A stretch of DNA of 63,157 nt, filler included. It is 6 parts of 6 records of this genome, joined end to end, with 100 filler letters (N's around TTAATTAATTAA, not from the genome) between each part and the next. Parts side by side here need not be neighbours in the genome. Positions count along the whole stretch, not along the records: positions 55,503 to 63,157 come from DRR378314_727; 5 more parts are not named here. One strand, given 5' to 3'. Within the stretch, counting starts at the first letter, position 1. Each line of letters opens with the position of its first letter. The notes beneath the pieces were generated by a model. The model worked only from the letters and a program-made list of their open reading frames with translations, had not been told where the DNA came from and ran no database searches. Shown here piece after piece: positions 58,608-63,157 of the stretch. Position numbers and translations under genes: made by a program.

Positions 58608-59744
58608 TCATACACAAAGGGACAACAAGCCACCAGGTTGCCGCTGAATCTTGCCGTCGAGCTCCAGATCAACCAGTACTGGCCCGATATCACCCGCTGT
58701 TGCCGCAATATCCCGGATCAACTGGTCTTCAGCTATCGGAGATGGGCCAAGACGGGTCAGAATCGCTTCATGCAGGGCCCGAGGTATCGAATCAGGTTCT
58801 GTAGTTATCTGCCGGGCGGGTGGTTCTTGTTGAATTGCGTGCTCAGGTTGCTGCTTTGGCAACGCGTCAATCACGTCCTCAGCCGAGCGGATCAACGTCG
58901 CGCCATCCCGGATCAGCAAGTTGCACCCTGCGGCGCGGGCGTCAAAGGGATGGCCAGGAACCGCCAGCACTTCTCGCCCCTGATCCAAGGCATCCCTTGC
59001 AGTAATCAGGCTGCCTGATTTCGCCGCGGCCTCGACAACAATCACCGCTTGCGCAAGGCCCGAGATGATACGGTTGCGTCGCGGGAAATGGCGCGCCTGC
59101 GGTGTCGTGCCCATGGGCTGTTCGGACAGGCGCAGGCCGCTCTCAACAATATCTCGTGCGAGATCGGCGTTCTCGGCGGGATAGATCACGTCGACACCTC
59201 CGGCCATTACCGCCACCGTACCGGTTGCCAATGCGGCTAGATGAGCCGAGGTATCAATCCCGCGTGCAAGCCCAGAAACAATGACGAAATCTTGCTTGCC
59301 CAGATCGGCAGCAAGCGCACGCGCCATGCGCGCACCCAGCGAAGAGCAGTTTCGCGCCCCGACCATCGCAATCGCCTGGCGTTTTAGGATTGACGGATCT
59401 CCGATCGCCCACAACATCGGGGGTGCATCCGAAATGTCATTCAAAGCCTCGGGATAATCGGCGGCCCCAAGGCACAAAAGCCGTGCTTTTGCGGCTTTTG
59501 CGGCCCTGAGTTCCGCCTCAATCACACCGGGAGGACAGATTTCATATCTTTCGATCCCGGCAGCGCGTGCCATTTCCGGCAGCGCAGCCAGCGCATTCTG
59601 CGCTGAGCCGTGTTCGCGCAGCAAGCGTCGGAACGTCGCCGGACCAACCTTGCGCGAACGCAACAGGCGGAGCCACGAAAACCGGTCTTCTTCCGTGGTG
59701 GGTGGGAGTGGGGGGTGATAGGAAGAAAGCTGCTCTTCGGTCAT
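58608..59744 (-). CDS. dprA: DNA-processing protein DprA (Smf)
   Basis: 'AMVGAR', 'VSGLARGIDTSAH', 'FPRRNRIISGL', 'VEAAAKSGSLITA', 'VPGHPFD'. Confidence 0.96.
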   Translation of the reverse strand: MTEEQLSSYHPPLPPTTEEDRFSWLRLLRSRKVGPATFRRLLREHGSAQNALAALPEMARAAGIERYEICPPGVIEAELRAAKAAKARLLCLGAADYPEALNDISDAPPMLWAIGDPSILKRQAIAMVGARNCSSLGARMARALAADLGKQDFVIVSGLARGIDTSAHLAALATGTVAVMAGGVDVIYPAENADLARDIVESGLRLSEQPMGTTPQARHFPRRNRIISGLAQAVIVVEAAAKSGSLITARDALDQGREVLAVPGHPFDARAAGCNLLIRDGATLIRSAEDVIDALPKQQPEHAIQQEPPARQITTEPDSIPRALHEAILTRLGPSPIAEDQLIRDIAATAGDIGPVLVDLELDGKIQRQPGGLLSLCV

Positions 59745-59787
59745 CCGATGCTCCGCCTGATTGCAAAACTGGTTTACGGTGAAGCGG

Positions 59788-59803
59788 GTTAACAGCCTGT
59801 GAA
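59788..59803 (-). promoter_or_regulatory. Putative CtrA binding site upstream of dprA
   Basis: TTCA-CAGGCTG-TTAAC on the minus strand (consensus TTAA-N7-TTAAC, one mismatch), about 44 bp upstream of the dprA ATG. Confidence 0.55.
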
Positions 59804-59934
59804 TCTCAGAAAATTAGATATGTTTTGTTCGGTATTTCACTCGAAAAGGAAGAGTATCCATATGAAAAAGAAAGAGAAAATTTATGTCAATTTTCTTGGG
59901 GCGTGTCGCACCTGTTCGGTTTCCGCCGCTGCGG

Positions 59935-59964
59935 ATGGGGCGCAGTGTTAACTCTGCGTCCCAT
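59935..59964. terminator. Stem-loop downstream of tldD (possible terminator)
   Basis: ATGGG-G-CGCAG / loop / CTGCG-T-CCCAT inverted repeat about 20 nt after the tldD stop; no U-tract on the minus strand. Confidence 0.4.
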
Positions 59965-59984
59965 TTTGTGACAGATCATCCGAC

Positions 59985-61406
59985 TCAGGCGGCAGAACCG
60001 CCGACCGTCAGCCCATCCATCAGAACTGTCGGCTGTCCGACGCCCACCGGAACCCATTGCCCGTCCTTGCCGCAGGTGCCCATGCCGGGATCAAGCGCCA
60101 TATCGTTGCCCAAGCCCCGAATACGCTTCAACGCTGACGGGCCGTCGCCAATCAGTGTCGCACCCTTGACCGGTGCACCGATCTTACCATTTTCAACCCG
60201 GTAGGCCTCGGTGCAGGAAAACACAAACTTGCCGTTCGTGATATCGACCTGACCACCGCCAAATCCCACGGCCCAGATCCCATCCTTGATATCGGCCACC
60301 AGCGATGCAGGATCGGCATCGCCGCCCAGCATGATGGTATTGGTCATGCGCGGCATGGGTTTATGGGCATAGCTTTGCCTCCGCCCGTTCCCGGTGGGTG
60401 CAACACCCATCAAACGCGCGTTCTGGCGGTCCTGCATATAGCCGGTAAGAATACCATCCTCGATCAACACTGTGCGCGAACTGGGCGTGCCCTCGTCATC
60501 CACCGAAATCGAGCCGCGACGATCCGCAATCGTTCCGTCATCCACAACTGTCACGCCTTTTGAGGCGATCTGCTGACCCATCAGCCCAGCAAAGGCAGAG
60601 CTGCCCTTGCGGTTGAAATCACCTTCAAGGCCGTGACCGATGGCTTCGTGCAACAGAATTCCGGGCCAGCCGGGGCCCAATGCGACCTCCATCACGCCGG
60701 CGGGGGCAGGGATGGCATCCAGATTAACCATCGCGATCCGCAGTGCCTCTTGTGCCTTTGCCTGCCAGTCGGCGGGATCAATCAGCCCATCCAGCCCAAC
60801 ACGACCGCCCCCTCCGGCAGAGCCGCTTTCACGTCTGCCGTTCTGTTCAACGATGACCGATACGTTCAATCGGGTCATTGGGCGTACATCGCGCACCTGA
60901 ACGCCATCGGGGCGTAAAATCTCGATCTCTTGCACGGTGGCTGCAATGGTCGCGCTGACCTGCACAACCCGAGGGTCCAGATCGCGTGCGAAGGCATCAA
61001 TCTCGCGCAAGGTCTCGATCTTGACGGGGAAACTGGCGGATTCGATCGGATCCTCATCAGTATAAAGCCGGATATTGGTGGGCTGTGGGGCCCTGGCCAT
61101 TGTTCCGCCACCATCACCTACGGCCAGTCGCGCAGTTTCGGCTGCCCGCTTCAAAGACGGTATCGAGACATCGGTTGAATGCGCGTATCCCGCGGCCTCA
61201 CCCTGCACAGCGCGCAGGCCGAATCCCTCGGATGCGTCGTACGAAGCCGTGCGCAATCGCCCGTCATCAAACACCAGCGACTCGGATTTTCGCCGTTCGA
61301 CAAACAGCTCTCCGTCTTCTGCGCCATTGGTTGCGGACCGCAGTTCAGCAAGCGCTTCATCCCTGGGGAGAATGCTTTCAAAAGGGCGAAACGGGGCCTG
61401 AGTCAT
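59985..61406 (-). CDS. tldD: Metalloprotease TldD
   Basis: 'GILLHEAIGHGLEGDFNRKGSSAF', 'PMPRMTNT', 'GGGQVDITNGKFVF', 'GTCGKDGQWVPVGVGQPT'; start taken at MTQAPF. Confidence 0.95.
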   Translation of the reverse strand: MTQAPFRPFESILPRDEALAELRSATNGAEDGELFVERRKSESLVFDDGRLRTASYDASEGFGLRAVQGEAAGYAHSTDVSIPSLKRAAETARLAVGDGGGTMARAPQPTNIRLYTDEDPIESASFPVKIETLREIDAFARDLDPRVVQVSATIAATVQEIEILRPDGVQVRDVRPMTRLNVSVIVEQNGRRESGSAGGGGRVGLDGLIDPADWQAKAQEALRIAMVNLDAIPAPAGVMEVALGPGWPGILLHEAIGHGLEGDFNRKGSSAFAGLMGQQIASKGVTVVDDGTIADRRGSISVDDEGTPSSRTVLIEDGILTGYMQDRQNARLMGVAPTGNGRRQSYAHKPMPRMTNTIMLGGDADPASLVADIKDGIWAVGFGGGQVDITNGKFVFSCTEAYRVENGKIGAPVKGATLIGDGPSALKRIRGLGNDMALDPGMGTCGKDGQWVPVGVGQPTVLMDGLTVGGSAA

Positions 61407-61425
61407 CAGTTGTGACCTTTCGGGT

Positions 61426-61439
61426 TTGATCCAGATCAA
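61426..61439. promoter_or_regulatory. Perfect FNR/FnrL box between divergent tldD and coxB
   Basis: TTGAT-CCAG-ATCAA. Confidence 0.8.
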
Positions 61440-61582
61440 AAATAGCGTCTGTTTGACGCAAGCATTTTGCTTTATCTACCCGACGGAATATGGTTTTTAA
61501 CGCGGCCAAAGACAACGGGAGAGGTGCGACCGATTCACACCTTTTCGCCAGAGACGCAAAGATCAAACGATCAGGACAGAAA

Positions 61583-62494
61583 ATGAAGAATGCTTTGATG
61601 CTTTCCGGGCTTGCTACGGCCCTCTCCAGCCTTCCAGCCATGGCTCAGGAACTTGAGATTATTGGCAAGCCGGTCGATGGTGGGATGGGTTTCCAGCCTT
61701 CGGCTACCGAACTTGCTGACAGGATTCATAGTCTGGACGCGATGATTCTGGTGATCATCACCGCCATCTGCCTGTTTGTTGCGGGTCTGCTGATTTATTG
61801 CATCGTGCGCTACAATCAGCGCGTTAATCCCAACCCTGCACGATTCTCGCACTACACTCCGGTCGAGATTGCATGGACCCTGGTCCCGATTCTGATTCTG
61901 GTCGTTATCGGGGCGTTCTCGCTGCCGGTTCTGTTCCAGCAACAGGAAATCCCCGAAGGCGACATCACCATCAAAGTTGTAGGCAACCAATGGTACTGGA
62001 CCTACGAGTATGTTGATCATGATTTTGCCTTTGACAGCTATCTTCTGGGCCACCCGGCTACTTTGGATGAAGGCGCCCGCCCTGCGGATGCAGATGTGAC
62101 ACCGTTTATTCTGGACGATGCGATGCGCGCCAAACTGACCGACGCGGGCTACAGCGAAGACGAATGGCTGCTGGCCACTGACACCGCCGTTGTTGTTCCG
62201 GTTGGAAAGATCATTGTTATGCAAGTGACTGCTTCGGACGTTATCCACTCGTGGACCATTCCTTCGTTTGGCGTGAAGCAGGACGGCGTGCCGGGGCGCT
62301 TGGCCGAACTGTGGTTCGAAGCTGAAAAAGAGGGCATCTACTTTGGTCAGTGCTCAGAACTGTGCGGCAAGGATCACGCGTACATGCCGATCACCGTCAA
62401 AGTGGTGAGCGAAGAGGCCTATGAACAGTGGCTTCAGGGCGCTCTGGAAGAGTATGCAGGTCAGCCTGCCCCCTATCAGGTGGCCTCGAACTAA
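61583..62494 (+). CDS. coxB: Cytochrome c oxidase subunit II (aa3 type)
   Basis: Signal peptide, two TM helices, '[10 protein letters not shown]', 'DVIHSW', CuA site '[15 protein letters not shown]'. Confidence 0.96.
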   Translation: MKNALMLSGLATALSSLPAMAQELEIIGKPVDGGMGFQPSATELADRIHSLDAMILVIITAICLFVAGLLIYCIVRYNQRVNPNPARFSHYTPVEIAWTLVPILILVVIGAFSLPVLFQQQEIPEGDITIKVVGNQWYWTYEYVDHDFAFDSYLLGHPATLDEGARPADADVTPFILDDAMRAKLTDAGYSEDEWLLATDTAVVVPVGKIIVMQVTASDVIHSWTIPSFGVKQDGVPGRLAELWFEAEKEGIYFGQCSELCGKDHAYMPITVKVVSEEAYEQWLQGALEEYAGQPAPYQVASN

Positions 62495-62523
62495 GCCCGT
62501 AGCGGCCTAGTAAACACATGCAG

Positions 62524-62547
62524 GCTGCGCGGGATTCGCGCAGCTTT
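62524..62547 (+). terminator. GC-rich hairpin between coxB and ctaB (weak terminator or mRNA stabiliser)
   Basis: GCTGCGCG-GGATT-CGCGCAGC followed by TTT. Confidence 0.35.
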
Positions 62548-62567
62548 CGCCCCGAAAAGGACCGGAA

Positions 62568-63157
62568 ATGAGCGACGCAAGCTTCAATGCCAGCACCGTA
62601 GCCGCCCAGACCCGCGCGGACGAGGCCAGCTTTGGCGACTATTTCGCCCTGCTGAAGCCACGCGTGATGTCGTTGGTTGTGTTTACGGCATTGGTCGGAC
62701 TGCTTGCGGCTCCGGTTCCGGTGCATCCGTTTGTTGGATTCTGCGCCATCCTGTTCATTGCGATCGGCGGCGGTGCGTCCGGCGCATTGAACATGTGGTG
62801 GGACGCGGATATCGACCGCGTGATGAAGCGCACCAAAGGCCGCCCGATCCCTTCGGGCAAGGTCGAAGAAGGCGAGGCGATGGCGCTTGGGCTGGCCCTG
62901 TCTGGCCTGTCCGTGATCATGCTGGGGCTGGCGACCAACTGGTTCGCGGGCGCGTTTCTGGCCTTTACCATCTTTTTCTATGTCGTCGTTTACACGATTT
63001 GGCTGAAGCGATCGACGCCGCAAAATATCGTCATTGGTGGCGCCGCGGGGGCATTCCCGCCTGTTATCGGCTGGGTCGCAGCCACGGGATCAATGACGTT
63101 GGAACCGTGGTTGATGTTCGCACTGACCTTCATGTGGACACCGCCGCATTTCTGGGC
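62568..63157 (+). CDS. ctaB: Protoheme IX farnesyltransferase (heme O synthase), 3'-truncated
   Basis: '[17 protein letters not shown]', '[26 protein letters not shown]', '[20 protein letters not shown]', 'WTPPHFW'. Absent from the ORF track because it runs off the window. Confidence 0.95.
   Translation, partial: MSDASFNASTVAAQTRADEASFGDYFALLKPRVMSLVVFTALVGLLAAPVPVHPFVGFCAILFIAIGGGASGALNMWWDADIDRVMKRTKGRPIPSGKVEEGEAMALGLALSGLSVIMLGLATNWFAGAFLAFTIFFYVVVYTIWLKRSTPQNIVIGGAAGAFPPVIGWVAATGSMTLEPWLMFALTFMWTPPHFW

Noticed and set aside
1..63157. CRISPR arrays, transposases, integrases, prophage or defence systems, alternative genetic code
   Set aside because: No repeat-spacer arrays or such protein motifs seen, and conserved genes translate cleanly with the standard code.

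Overview
This window is not one genomic locus. It is six contigs joined by artificial 100-bp spacers (N44-TTAATTAATTAA-N44, giving stops in all six frames). Contigs 1 (1-21842), 3 (29481-43948) and 5 (50004-55402) come from a GC-rich, intron-rich eukaryote with GT-AG introns, probably a flagellated protist. They carry ORC4, a KIF19-like kinesin-8, a Tim44-like mitochondrial protein, a CFAP97/hemingway-domain protein, a purple acid phosphatase, a RING-CH E3 ligase, G3BP, HEATR1/UTP10 and a multi-PAS hybrid histidine kinase. Contig 2 (21943-29380) is a very GC-rich proteobacterium, probably gamma (Alcanivorax/Pseudomonas-like is my inference), with a di-heme cytochrome c lipoprotein, lysE, rlmI, an MFS transporter and adaA-alkA/ogt. 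Contigs 4 (44049-49903) and 6 (55503-63157) look like Rhodobacteraceae housekeeping DNA: tRNA-Leu fragment, NDUFA9-like gene, uppP, gltD, GFA gene, gltB; scoA, topA, dprA, tldD, coxB, ctaB. The two best candidates for novelty are (i) the eukaryotic hybrid kinase with about five PAS-like domains, whose H-, N-, G1- and G2-boxes are all degenerate while the receiver is intact, and (ii) an orphan RoxA/MauG-superfamily-like di-heme lipoprotein. All family assignments come from motif recognition by eye; no searches were run.
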